Assembly (NCBI GenBank): GCA_012519255.1
Contig: JAAYQQ010000034.1
Coordinates: 1 to 50,287, forward strand
DNA from: Methanobacteriota archaeon
Lineage (GTDB): Archaea > Thermoplasmatota > Thermoplasmata > Methanomassiliicoccales > Methanomassiliicoccaceae
DNA: 50,287 nt
Direction: 5' to 3'
Shown here: in pieces, positions 21,118-30,463 of the stretch
Layout of the letters: the number at the start of each line of letters is the position of its first letter
Position numbering within the stretch: position 1 is the first letter of the stretch
Program-made: the position numbers and the translations under genes
Notes under the pieces: generated by a model
Seen by the model: the letters and a program-made list of their open reading frames with translations, nothing else
Databases searched by the model: none
Told to the model about the DNA's origin: nothing

Positions 21118-22061
21118 TGTTTCTTTCTCCTCATGACCTCTTCGGCGGCGAGGGCAACCCTTTCTGATGTAAGGCCATAACGGCGCATCAGTTCTTCACT
21201 TTCTCCAGACTCGCCGAAACAGTCCGGGGTGCCTATCAGTTTGAGTGGGACTGGACAATATTCTCCAAGCACGACGGCAACAGCACTCCCAAGGCCAGAT
21301 ACGGTGGTGTGTTCCTCGGCGGTCACAACTGCGCCTGTTTTCTTGGCCGAGCGGAGCAGTGTGACTTCGTCCAGTGGCTTGACTGTGGACATATTGACCA
21401 CTTCTGCATGGATCCCGCGTTTCTCCAACTCCTCCGCCGCATCCATGCATACGGCAACCATCTGGCCGCAACCGACCAGCGTGACATCAGAGCCTTCCCG
21501 CAGTACGGTGGCCTTCCCAATTGCAAATTCCGAATCCATCGTAGTGAGCATGGGCACGTCAGCGCGTCCCAGACGCACATAGCATGGTCCAGGATGGTCA
21601 ACGCATGCCTTCACTGCCTTGTATGCCTCGATGCCGTCAGCTGGCACAATGACTGTCATATTGGGAAGCGATCTCATTAGGCCGATGTCTTCCAAGGCCT
21701 GATGCGATGCACCGTCGCCACCAACGGTGATTCCAGCATGGGTGGCCACGATCTTAACGTTGAGATTTGGATATGCGATAGACTGACGTATCTGATCCCA
21801 GCAACGCCCGGTGGCGAAGACCGCAAAGGTCGATGCGAACACCACTTTGCCACTGGTGGCCAATCCTGCAGCGGTGCCCATCATATTCTGCTCGGCTATG
21901 CCGCAGTTAAAGAATCTCTCTGGAAACTTCTTGGCGAACTCGTTGGTGCGAGTACTCGATGATAGATCCGCATCCAGAACCACGACCTCAGTGCGTGTCC
22001 TGCCCAGTTCGGTCAGCGCGTTGGCGTACTCCTTCCTCTGACTGGTATATACCCATTTCAT
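21114..22061 (-). CDS. Transketolase C-terminal subunit
   Basis: [15 protein letters not shown] and GGDGASHQ motifs. Confidence 0.93.
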   Translation of the reverse strand: MKWVYTSQRKEYANALTELGRTRTEVVVLDADLSSSTRTNEFAKKFPERFFNCGIAEQNMMGTAAGLATSGKVVFASTFAVFATGRCWDQIRQSIAYPNLNVKIVATHAGITVGGDGASHQALEDIGLMRSLPNMTVIVPADGIEAYKAVKACVDHPGPCYVRLGRADVPMLTTMDSEFAIGKATVLREGSDVTLVGCGQMVAVCMDAAEELEKRGIHAEVVNMSTVKPLDEVTLLRSAKKTGAVVTAEEHTTVSGLGSAVAVVLGEYCPVPLKLIGTPDCFGESGESEELMRRYGLTSERVALAAEEVMRRKKQ

Positions 22062-22894
22062 GGCTCTTCCCCCAGTTCCTTTAGGGCGATGCGGTACTCG
22101 TCCTGGTTGGGAGCCTTGCCATGGAATGCTACTGCCCCTTCCATGAAGGAAACGCCCTTGCCCTTGACAGTATGGGCAATGATCATGGTGGGCTTACCCT
22201 TGTTCTGAGAGGCTTTGTCACACGCTTCCAGGATCTGACGCATGTCATGTCCATTGATCTCCAGCACATTCCATCCGAAGGCGCGCCATTTGTCCGCCAG
22301 CGGCTCAAGGGACATGACCTTCTCAGTAGGTCCATCGATCTGCATCATGTTGCGATCTATGAAGGCGGTGACATTGTCCAGTTTATAGTGGGCGGCCAAC
22401 ATGGCGGCTTCCCAATTCTGTCCCTCCTCCATTTCCCCATCTCCGCATAGGCAGTAGATCCTGCCCAACTTTCGGTCTAATTTGGCCGCCAGAGCCATGC
22501 CGTTGGCAACACTCAGCCCCTGTCCCAGAGACCCGGTGGATATTTCCACGCCAGGCGTCTTCTGCCGGCAGGGATGCCCCTGTAGGTAAGACCCAAGCTT
22601 GCGCAGGGTGTGCAGGTCCTCCACGGGAAAATATCCCGACTCAGCCAGTGCGGCGTAATATGCCGGGGCTGCGTGACCTTTGGAGAGTACGAGGCGGTCC
22701 CTATCCTCCCATTGAGGATCTTTGGGACGATGATTCATTATCTTGAAGTACAGCGCGGCGAAGATATCTGCATAGGATAAAGAGCCGCCAGGATGGCCCG
22801 ACTGGGCTGCAAACGTCATCTTGATAACATGGCGGCGAATCAAGTTTGCCTTCGTTTCTAACATTTTAATGGTTTGGTCATTATATAAGGTCAA
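22058..22894 (-). CDS. Transketolase N-terminal subunit
   Basis: [21 protein letters not shown] and the TPP motif GDGE...N. Confidence 0.93.
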   Translation of the reverse strand: MTLYNDQTIKMLETKANLIRRHVIKMTFAAQSGHPGGSLSYADIFAALYFKIMNHRPKDPQWEDRDRLVLSKGHAAPAYYAALAESGYFPVEDLHTLRKLGSYLQGHPCRQKTPGVEISTGSLGQGLSVANGMALAAKLDRKLGRIYCLCGDGEMEEGQNWEAAMLAAHYKLDNVTAFIDRNMMQIDGPTEKVMSLEPLADKWRAFGWNVLEINGHDMRQILEACDKASQNKGKPTMIIAHTVKGKGVSFMEGAVAFHGKAPNQDEYRIALKELGEEP

Positions 22895-23063
22895 GTGGAC
22901 ACCTCGAGGTGGCTAAGGGTCGGGTGAATAATCGGGCTACCATTAAAAAACTTTCCCGAAGTGGGCCATAGTTCAGTAGCCATTGTGCTGGAACGAGTAA
23001 TCGCTCCTTGGCTTATATCTTTCAGAAAGATAAGAAAGGATGGGGTTGGAAAAGGTTTACTCT

Positions 23064-23801
23064 TCAATCGCTCTCGATCCGTGGAGCAAGTAAGTAGTCC
23101 ACATTGCCTCTCTGATCTGCGATCTCAAACTCCAACTTGACGGGGTAATCGGTCCCCAGATTGATGGATACTCCTGATCCGGCAGGGATAGAACGCACCA
23201 TGTTGGAGAAATAGTCTAGAGGGAATAAGCTCCTTACATCCTCGATACAATCAAGCGAGATGAGAAGGTCCTTGGGAAGGCGAAGGGAGACAGAATCAGT
23301 GTCGCCCTCGGTGTACATCTCGAACCCATCTGGGCCGGCGTTAAGGGCGATATGATCGCTAATTACTTCTGCGGCGCGGATTCCCTTCTGCAACTCGTCT
23401 GAGGATACCTCCACTTTGGCCGGGAAGGTAAGGTTGGGGACTCTGGGGTCGCTCATGCCGGTAATGTCTACGAGATTCATGCGGCGGGTAATGTTGCCGA
23501 CCCGGATTATGAGGCGGTTCTTCTCCTCATCCTGTTCCATCTCGATAATGTCACCTGATCTGGCTAGGCGTAAGACCTCCTTTATCTTATCGAGGTCTAT
23601 TCCCAGTTCAGTCTCGTCAGCCGCGTATTCTTCGAAAGCGTTCTTCTCGACTTCCATCTCGATCATAGCCACATGGGCTGGATCTACAGCCTTAAGATTG
23701 AAACCGTTGGCGTCGATATTGAACTTGGCTTCGTCCACAAGCGTGGAGACCACTTCGACGATGCCCTTTAAGGTCTCCGACTTGATCTTAGCATGAAACA
23801 T
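23064..23801 (-). CDS. pcn: DNA polymerase sliding clamp PCNA
   Basis: AVDPAHVAM, DYPVKLEF and YLLAPRIE motifs. Confidence 0.96.
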   Translation of the reverse strand: MFHAKIKSETLKGIVEVVSTLVDEAKFNIDANGFNLKAVDPAHVAMIEMEVEKNAFEEYAADETELGIDLDKIKEVLRLARSGDIIEMEQDEEKNRLIIRVGNITRRMNLVDITGMSDPRVPNLTFPAKVEVSSDELQKGIRAAEVISDHIALNAGPDGFEMYTEGDTDSVSLRLPKDLLISLDCIEDVRSLFPLDYFSNMVRSIPAGSGVSINLGTDYPVKLEFEIADQRGNVDYLLAPRIESD

Positions 23802-23885
23802 TAATTTCCCCCAAATCTAGCAGGTTCATAGTAAACACATTTCCTGTAATAATAATTGCTTCCATCCGATGCTGCCCATGCTGGA

Positions 23886-24221
23886 TCAGTATTTTCGCCA
23901 TTTATGGCCACATTTGACACAGGTCAAGAAGGTCGTCTCTGGTTCGTCGGCCTTGCGTGTCTGTCTAAGATACCAGTATGCTTTCCCATGACTGCACTTA
24001 GGGCAACAGGTATCGGTTGTGGGCATGATGCTCTCTGCCGATCCCATTACAGGACAATCCTCCACTTCCTTCTTGTTCATCGCGGTCCGGATGGTGGTGG
24101 TCGATCCTTTGGCCATCTTGGCGGCTTCCTGCTCATAGGCGCACCGAGGGTTTACGCAGATGAGTTCGGTATTACCCTTTTCCTTCGGTCGCATTATGCC
24201 GCCACACTTGGGACAGAACAT
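23886..24221 (-). CDS. tfs: Transcription factor S
   Basis: MFCPKCG N-terminal Zn ribbon; CPKC...QTRKADEPET.F..C..CGHKWR. Confidence 0.95.
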   Translation of the reverse strand: MFCPKCGGIMRPKEKGNTELICVNPRCAYEQEAAKMAKGSTTTIRTAMNKKEVEDCPVMGSAESIMPTTDTCCPKCSHGKAYWYLRQTRKADEPETTFLTCVKCGHKWRKY

Positions 24222-24284
24222 TCTAAAACCAATTCTCGAAATTATTGCACCTATAAAAGTATTCTGGACTCGCCCCTACCAGTA

Positions 24285-25193
24285 TCAGATGAATTCCCAA
24301 TCTCTCTGATCTAGGGCGGTGCGGGGTCTTGGAGTCCGCTCCTCCGCGGCCCGGCGGACCCTTCGTTCTATCTCTCTCTGTTGGGCCACCATGCTCTGGA
24401 CCCTGTCGCGGAGAGCCTGCCGTTCCCTCAATGACATCGAATCTTCATCTGCTTCATAGAGTGCCTGATGCGTCGAGCGCAAATGAGGCAGCCAATCGTC
24501 ATCACTCTTTCCTGCGATTGCGTCCAGGTCGCCAAAGCCGCGCCCGCCTTCTCTTCTTTCTCTAGTAGGCTCGCTCTGGAATGTGTTGCCTTCCAACACG
24601 ACCGTTGTGTTGTTGCCCCTGCTCATCTTGCTCAGCAGCTCAAGTTCTCTGCGGTTCTGCTGGGACAGCACGCCGCCGATGTAAGCAAAGGCGACGGTGA
24701 TGATGTAGCTGTCGAAGCCAAGAGAGGTAGCGGTCTGCAGAGAGGAGAAGAATGATGTGAGATACATATTCACGAATTCTATGTAGGGCTGAACTACCGG
24801 GACGTATGTGGTGAAAAGAACCATCATTGCTGAAGGTGTCACATCAATGCCGAACCACACTGTAGGAATGTACTCCAGATTCACCAGATAGGCAATGATG
24901 AAAAAGAATCCTACGGGAATGATGGCCGCTACTGTTCCTTTCCATGGAGAGCCTGCCCTCCTGCCACCAACGTAACCGGCGATCATCTGTCCGAATATTG
25001 GTAACCACCATAGTAGGAGAGAAAGGGCAAAAGTGTACTTGGTGGCACTCCAGAAACTATAGACTATGGGGCCATTGAATTTCCTGGCCTCTATGTCATC
25101 ATATGTATCGGAGAGCGTATATACGCCATTGCGTACCAGTGAACTGGTCGTCTCGTCACGTACCCGAGATCTCCTTCTTGAGAGCAAACCCAT
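24285..25193 (-). CDS. Hypothetical membrane protein
   Basis: 302-aa ORF with several hydrophobic segments (LWWLPIFGQMIAGYVGG) and a charged C-terminus. Confidence 0.75.
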   Translation of the reverse strand: MGLLSRRRSRVRDETTSSLVRNGVYTLSDTYDDIEARKFNGPIVYSFWSATKYTFALSLLLWWLPIFGQMIAGYVGGRRAGSPWKGTVAAIIPVGFFFIIAYLVNLEYIPTVWFGIDVTPSAMMVLFTTYVPVVQPYIEFVNMYLTSFFSSLQTATSLGFDSYIITVAFAYIGGVLSQQNRRELELLSKMSRGNNTTVVLEGNTFQSEPTRERREGGRGFGDLDAIAGKSDDDWLPHLRSTHQALYEADEDSMSLRERQALRDRVQSMVAQQREIERRVRRAAEERTPRPRTALDQRDWEFI

Positions 25194-25291
25194 CCCCTAA
25201 GTCAGACGTTCGTCCGACGGAATTGGTTATGCATTGGATACTATAAATGTTTTATCACCTGCCAAAAATAGTGAAAGAAAAATAGCCCCGC

Positions 25292-25675
25292 TTAGCGAGG
25301 CATGTAGAATGGCATGCCATTGGCTTCGAGGGCCAGGCGTGTGCTTTCTGTGGTGACTGCAGAAGGATCGATCTGATGACGCAGGATATCGTCCAACGGG
25401 TATTCTAGGAATTCAGCGAAGGCCTTCAGGCGATCCAGAGGGAATGATTGCTTCCCCACCAGTATTTGTCTGACGCTCCATCCAGGGTGTACGCGGGAGC
25501 GGTATCCAAGCTCCCTCCCCAGCTGATTGATGCTGCCGGCCTTGTCGATACCCATCTTGATGAGCGTGACTCGGAAACCCGAGCTAAGCCAGATCTTGGA
25601 TGGTATGCGACGTCGCCTCCGACAGTGAATCTCCATGGCTTCTTTCTCGGACACGAGAAATGTGAAACTCATCAT
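25292..25675 (-). CDS. Hypothetical protein, possible HTH DNA-binding
   Basis: GSINQLGRELGY...SVRQILVG...L..FAEFL resembles an XRE-like HTH. True start may be ATG 25636. Confidence 0.55.
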   Translation of the reverse strand: MMSFTFLVSEKEAMEIHCRRRRRIPSKIWLSSGFRVTLIKMGIDKAGSINQLGRELGYRSRVHPGWSVRQILVGKQSFPLDRLKAFAEFLEYPLDDILRHQIDPSAVTTESTRLALEANGMPFYMPR

Positions 25676-25813
25676 GTTTATTAACTCTTTCTACAATCTG
25701 TTTTTAACGAAGATTGGTGCGAAGCAGACTGTGTGGCCCACTCTTCCACCCTCATTTTTTGCTATCCATCATTTACTTATACTATCTTCTTTGTAGCGGT
25801 GCTAGAATCAGGC

Positions 25814-26236
25814 ATGGGGAACTTCCGTAAGATAGTAAAGTTAAGAACGAAGGCGGAGGGGGATATCATTGATCTCACTGCCTTATTGGAGGGGGCCGTC
25901 AAGGAATCGAAATTTCAAGAGGGCATCCTATGCGCCTTCGTAGCCCACTCCACCTGTGCCCTTTTTACCATTGAAAATGAGGGAGGCCTGCAGAAGGATA
26001 TGCGGGATGCTCTTCAGAGACTGTTCCCCAAAGAGATAGAGTACGATCATCACCGCCGATGGGGAGATGGTAATGGTCACTCTCACATTCGTTCGTCGTT
26101 CCTTGGACCGTCCTTAACAATTCCCTTCCATCAAGGAACTCTGGACCTGGGGGCTTGGCAGCAACCAGTCCTTATGGAGCTGGACAATCAAGGGAGGGAT
26201 AGAAAATTGATCATACAAATTATTGGAGATTATTAG
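25814..26236 (+). CDS. yjbQ: YjbQ/UPF0047-family protein
   Basis: HSTCAL..IENE, Y.HH..WGDGNGHSHIRS and LGAWQ motifs. Ends in TAG. Confidence 0.9.
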   Translation: MGNFRKIVKLRTKAEGDIIDLTALLEGAVKESKFQEGILCAFVAHSTCALFTIENEGGLQKDMRDALQRLFPKEIEYDHHRRWGDGNGHSHIRSSFLGPSLTIPFHQGTLDLGAWQQPVLMELDNQGRDRKLIIQIIGDY

Positions 26237-26248
26237 GAGGTAATTGAT

Positions 26249-27499
26249 ATGAAGCTTAAGTTCCTCGGCGGCGCCGAGGTCGTAGGGAAGATGGGCCTAC
26301 TTCTTCAGAATAAGGGGGCCAGTCTTCTCCTTGAATATGGCATGACTGCCTCAAAGCCGCCGCAATATCCCCTGGCTGCGCCGCCAGTAGACATGGCATT
26401 CCTAACACACAGTCATCTCGATCATTGTGGTATGTTGCCTTGGCTATGCGGGAAATATGATACTGAGGTGGTCGCCACTCCGATCACCATTGATGTGGTC
26501 GAACTGCTAGTACGCGACTCTCTCAAGATCGCCGGTATCGAGGGATATCCCAAACCGTTCAACCAAGAGGACATCCAGACTCTTATGCGCAATTTCACTC
26601 CCATGACTTACGGCGAGATCATGGATGTGGGGGGCTTTGAAATAGAACTCCACCCTGCTGGCCACCTGCCGGGGGCGACCATGTATGAGCTGAGGGGAGA
26701 TCAGACCACTCTATTCACGGGAGACCTGCACACTTGCAACATGCGTTTGGTATGGGGGGCTCATCCCGTGAAGTGCGACAATCTCATTATTGAGGGTACT
26801 TATGCTGGGCGAACCCATCCTGACCGTCTTAAGACCGAGTATGCGCTCATCGAGAAAGTTAAGGAGATTGTGGAGAGTGGAGGTAGGGCCATCTTGCCGT
26901 GCTTTGCTGTTGGTCGTACGCAGGAGGTCATGCTCCTTCTCAAGGACCTAAAATACAATATGTGGGTCGATGGCATGGGAAAGACCATCAGCCGATATTA
27001 TCTCGACCGGCCGGAGTACGTGCGCAACGAGAAGGCCCTAAGAGCGGCCAAGCGCAGGTTCCGTGAGGTGCGAACCCCGTCGGACCGTCGCCGCGCCCGG
27101 CGGGAGGCCCAGGTTATCGTAACCACTGGAGGGATGCTTGATGGCGGCCCCGTGCTCACATACATAGAAGATGTCAAGAACGACCCCAAGAGCGCCATTC
27201 TCCTGACAGGCTTCCAGGTGGAAGACTCCAATGGCAGCCGGCTTCTGAGTGAGGGAGTCATTAATGTTCAGAACGTCAAGGAAGAAATCCCTCATCCTGT
27301 CAAGATTAAGTGCCAGGTAGAGATGTATAGTCTCTCTGCCCATGCGGATCACAACGAGCTAATGGACTTCATCAACGCCTGCGATCCAGAGAAGGTCGTA
27401 CTAATGCACTCGGATGATCGTCAGCCCCTTGCCCAGGACATCGAAGCTTCTGGAATGGAAGTCATCCTGCCCATGGCAGACGAGGAGTTCACACTGTAG
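26249..27499 (+). CDS. Metallo-beta-lactamase beta-CASP ribonuclease-family protein
   Basis: THSHLDH, AGHLPGA, FTGD, IEGTY, FAVGRTQE and SAHAD motifs; AGGAGGT RBS. Ends in TAG. Confidence 0.9.
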   Translation: MKLKFLGGAEVVGKMGLLLQNKGASLLLEYGMTASKPPQYPLAAPPVDMAFLTHSHLDHCGMLPWLCGKYDTEVVATPITIDVVELLVRDSLKIAGIEGYPKPFNQEDIQTLMRNFTPMTYGEIMDVGGFEIELHPAGHLPGATMYELRGDQTTLFTGDLHTCNMRLVWGAHPVKCDNLIIEGTYAGRTHPDRLKTEYALIEKVKEIVESGGRAILPCFAVGRTQEVMLLLKDLKYNMWVDGMGKTISRYYLDRPEYVRNEKALRAAKRRFREVRTPSDRRRARREAQVIVTTGGMLDGGPVLTYIEDVKNDPKSAILLTGFQVEDSNGSRLLSEGVINVQNVKEEIPHPVKIKCQVEMYSLSAHADHNELMDFINACDPEKVVLMHSDDRQPLAQDIEASGMEVILPMADEEFTL

Positions 27500-27536
27500 G
27501 CCGAAGCCAAGTTGTATGCTATCTGGTGATGCTGTC

Positions 27537-28361
27537 ATGAACTGGGTCGAATCATTTCTCTGTGAAGATGTAGGTCAGGGCGATATTACCACTCTTGCCC
27601 TGGTTGGGAGTGAGACTGGGACGGCTCGGATCAAGACTAACGAGGCTTGCGTGCTAGCAGGCCTGGATGAGGCCATTGAGATATTTCGTCATCTTGGCAT
27701 TCAGGCAGTGCCCCTGGCAGAGGATGGGGATACCGTAGCAGCGGAGGCCAGTGTACTGTCGATAGAAGGCCCATTACGCGCCATCCTCACGGGAGAAAGA
27801 CTTGCACTCAATATGCTCATGCGCATGTCTGGCATAGCCACCATCACTCAGGGTATTGTTCACGCTTGCCGCCAGCGTAATCCTGCAAGCCTGGTGGCGG
27901 CAACGCGCAAGACCACTCCCGGTTTCCGTAAATTCGAGAAGAAGGCAGTGGCACTGGGCGGCGGCGACCCCCATCGTTATGGCCTCGACGATGCCATCCT
28001 GATCAAGGATAATCACATTGCAGTAGTGGGAAGCATAACCGAGTCAGTTAAGCGAGCCAAAAAAGTCTCTTTCACCAAGAAGGTGGAGATTGAGGTAGAA
28101 GACCTTGGTGGTGCGGAAGAGGCCGCCAAGGCCGGGGCAGATATAATTTTACTAGACAACATGAGTCCGGAGGAGGCGAGGAGATGCACGGAGGCCGTAC
28201 GAAGGGTGAACGATCGCATTATCGTTGAAGCCTCCGGAGGAATCACTCCAGAAAATGCCCCCGATTATGCGGAAGTGGTCGACGTGGTCTCTCTAGGCTG
28301 GATCACCCACTCCGCCCGTGCGGTGCATTTCAGCCTCAACGTCCTTGAGGTTAGATATTAA
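27537..28361 (+). CDS. nadC: Nicotinate-nucleotide pyrophosphorylase (quinolinate phosphoribosyltransferase)
   Basis: EDVGQGDITT, TRKTTPG, HRYGLDDAILIKDNH and EASGGIT motifs. Confidence 0.95.
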   Translation: MNWVESFLCEDVGQGDITTLALVGSETGTARIKTNEACVLAGLDEAIEIFRHLGIQAVPLAEDGDTVAAEASVLSIEGPLRAILTGERLALNMLMRMSGIATITQGIVHACRQRNPASLVAATRKTTPGFRKFEKKAVALGGGDPHRYGLDDAILIKDNHIAVVGSITESVKRAKKVSFTKKVEIEVEDLGGAEEAAKAGADIILLDNMSPEEARRCTEAVRRVNDRIIVEASGGITPENAPDYAEVVDVVSLGWITHSARAVHFSLNVLEVRY

Positions 28362-29181
28362 GCACGAGCTTGTTGCGATGATATCTCAGTCCAATGCGTT
28401 CGGGCGATGCTCCCATAGATAACGCGAGGAGTTCGGAAAGGTGCAGCACTGGGAACTCTTTCTGCTTGAGATCGAACTGGATAAAGCAGAATGGGCAAGG
28501 TGTCAGGATGGCCTGGGCATTCCAATCGGAGAATGAATGTATGACGTCAGAGAGCATATCATTGGAGAGCTTTGCGTCTACGCCGGCAACCCCTCCTCCG
28601 CAGCACTGGGGCCAGTCGTCTGGCCGGACCACCCTCGCCCCCGTCCATGAAGTCACCTCGATCAACATCTCTGGACGGAACGATTGATCCATCCTCAGCA
28701 CCTCGCTTGGACGGAGCATGTGGCAGCCAGGGTGGGCGGCCACGAGAAGATTGATTGGTGCAGTCACCACCGAGCGCACCTTTTCCTCACCTAGCTGGTG
28801 GATGAACCCGGCCAGATGATGGACGCGGACCTCTCCGCGATACTCTCGACCGATCTCCCTCAGGATCCCATTCACCTTTTTTCGTAGGACAGCGTCCTGG
28901 AGGCGGCGCCTCGCCTCCTGTAACGACATATAGCATCCGTTGCACAACGTAAGGATATCTCTCCCTTCTTCTTCGGCGATGGATAGCAGCCGTGCTGCCG
29001 AAGCCAGCCAAGTGTCATGTGCCATGGTGCGAAGGCCGATGGGTTCGACACAGCAGGTTGCGCCAGGGAGGGGGGCATGGTCTACGTCGAGGCGGTCAAG
29101 GACCAGGCGGCTGGATGCCTCTATGAAGGGCAGGCGGGCAGGGATGAGGCAGCCTGGAAACACGAACACTGGCTTAGTCAA
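28351..29181 (-). CDS. hdrB: Heterodisulfide reductase subunit B-like (two CCG domains)
   Basis: FPGC...TCC...CNGC and HPGCH...CCGGG...CPFC..QFD. TTG start at 29181 behind a GAGGT RBS. Confidence 0.88.
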   Translation of the reverse strand: MTKPVFVFPGCLIPARLPFIEASSRLVLDRLDVDHAPLPGATCCVEPIGLRTMAHDTWLASAARLLSIAEEEGRDILTLCNGCYMSLQEARRRLQDAVLRKKVNGILREIGREYRGEVRVHHLAGFIHQLGEEKVRSVVTAPINLLVAAHPGCHMLRPSEVLRMDQSFRPEMLIEVTSWTGARVVRPDDWPQCCGGGVAGVDAKLSNDMLSDVIHSFSDWNAQAILTPCPFCFIQFDLKQKEFPVLHLSELLALSMGASPERIGLRYHRNKLVLNI

Positions 29182-29680
29182 GGTCCAAACCTCCCAGTCC
29201 TGTGCGCCTCGCGATTTCCCTCGCCTCCTCAACTGCCTCCTTCGATGGCGCAGCATCTTCTAGGCCGAGCTGGCGTCGCATCTTCCTGGTCATGCCTGTA
29301 TGAGGGAAGCATGAACCTGTCTGAAGATACCTTTTTGCCTCTTCTCGGAAATGTTTTGGCAAATTGCCACTCTGAGCCGCCTCTTCCCTCAGCAGGGCGA
29401 TGACTTCGGCAGGTCCTGCGTTGGAAGGACACTGCTCGGAACAGGAGAGGCAGACGGTGCATAGCCAGATCGTGCTTTCTTCAGCGGCGTCAAGAGTTCC
29501 GACCGACGCACGATGCATTATGCTTAGACAATCTATCCCGCCATGACGTCCGCTTGGGCAGATCTCCGCGCAGACTCCGCACTGTTGGCATCTACCAAGG
29601 GTGGAGCCACGTTTCTGCATTTCCCGGTCCTGCATAGAGTTATAGTCTGTCCTTCGCACGGCTCGGTCAAGTACTCCCAT
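29174..29680 (-). CDS. hdrC: Heterodisulfide reductase subunit C-like (2x[4Fe-4S])
   Basis: CQQCGVCAEICPSG and IWLCTVCLSCSEQCP; overlaps the hdrB start. Start position uncertain. Confidence 0.85.
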   Translation of the reverse strand: MGVLDRAVRRTDYNSMQDREMQKRGSTLGRCQQCGVCAEICPSGRHGGIDCLSIMHRASVGTLDAAEESTIWLCTVCLSCSEQCPSNAGPAEVIALLREEAAQSGNLPKHFREEAKRYLQTGSCFPHTGMTRKMRRQLGLEDAAPSKEAVEEAREIARRTGLGGLDLD

Positions 29681-29751
29681 GACTTAAACATCTTACCTCT
29701 TTGTGAGGGGGTAGAGGAACGATTAAGTGCAAGGGCGATACTCTCATTCGC

Positions 29752-29925
29752 ATGGATATATCCAAGGAGAAGTGTAGATATTGCGGCGAGCAAGCCAAGT
29801 ATTTCCAATTTGCTACCTTCATCTGTGACAAGGATGAATGTGCTCAGAAGGCTGCAGAAGATCGGGGCGGCCCTGCTGGACATATAAAGGCGAAAATGGA
29901 ACGGGAAGCGCGCAAGCAGGGCTGA
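29752..29925 (+). CDS. Small Cys4 (putative zinc-binding) protein, 57 aa
   Basis: Not in ORF track. MDISKEKCRYCGEQAKYFQFATFICDKDECAQKAAEDRGGPAGHIKAKMEREARKQG*, with CxxC...CxxxxC. Confidence 0.7.
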   Translation: MDISKEKCRYCGEQAKYFQFATFICDKDECAQKAAEDRGGPAGHIKAKMEREARKQG

Positions 29926-30129
29926 GTAGAAGATATCCACGCCGCCATCTCACATCTTTCTGGCTGAATCTTGTGGCCATCTGATGCATAGACCTTTTGC
30001 CGCTCAATCTCACCAGTCCTTCTCCTTCGACTAGAAAATACGCCCCTCAGAATAGCCTTTACAGGGATGAACGAGGCAGAGCTCTATGGATTCCTCAGTC
30101 CCATGTCGAGTCGCCAGCTCATCTATATT

Positions 30130-30360
30130 TTACTTCCCTCCCCCTGCAGCGAAGGCATTAACCGTGCGGAAAAACTCTCTACTCCATGTCGCCAAGACCA
30201 TCTCAGCAGAAGGCGTTCCCGACCTATGCTAATGGCCTCATCAGCCCCCTTCTCAAAGCATTCCAAGCCAAATCATACATCCACTCGACTGGGGCGCATG
30301 ACCCTGATGATACGTACTGCCGGATCATACTGCCTCATCACCGCTCCGGCCAGTATCCAT
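30130..30360 (-). pseudogene. mvhD: Degraded mvhD/flpD (hydrogenase delta subunit) remnant
   Basis: Minus-strand reading LAGAVMRQYDPAVRIIRVMRPSRVDV*FGLECFEKGAD...ERLLLRW tracks the MvhD consensus. It has an internal TGA at 30273-30275, apparent frameshifts, and lacks the Cys ligands. Confidence 0.7.
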
Positions 30361-30463
30361 TTATGCGAAAAAAAGGGTTTACGCCTCTCACCTTTCTCAG
30401 ACTTCTGAGGGTCACGCCATGCTTGGAGAAGTTCCAAATATTCTCAGTACTTCCGATGTAAAT

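Noticed and set aside
21114-22894. Split transketolase as gene breakage
   Set aside because: Two-subunit transketolases are the usual archaeal form, and the genes are coupled by an ATGA overlap.
22962-23035. GGGCCATAGTTCAG resembling a tRNA 5' end, and the palindrome TATCTTTC-A-GAAAGATA (23016-23032)
   Set aside because: No T arm or matching acceptor stem. The palindrome is a single AT-rich instance without supporting copies.
30067-30461. Plus-strand ORFs 30067..30408 and 30186..30461
   Set aside because: No recognisable motifs. The region is better explained by the minus-strand mvhD remnant.
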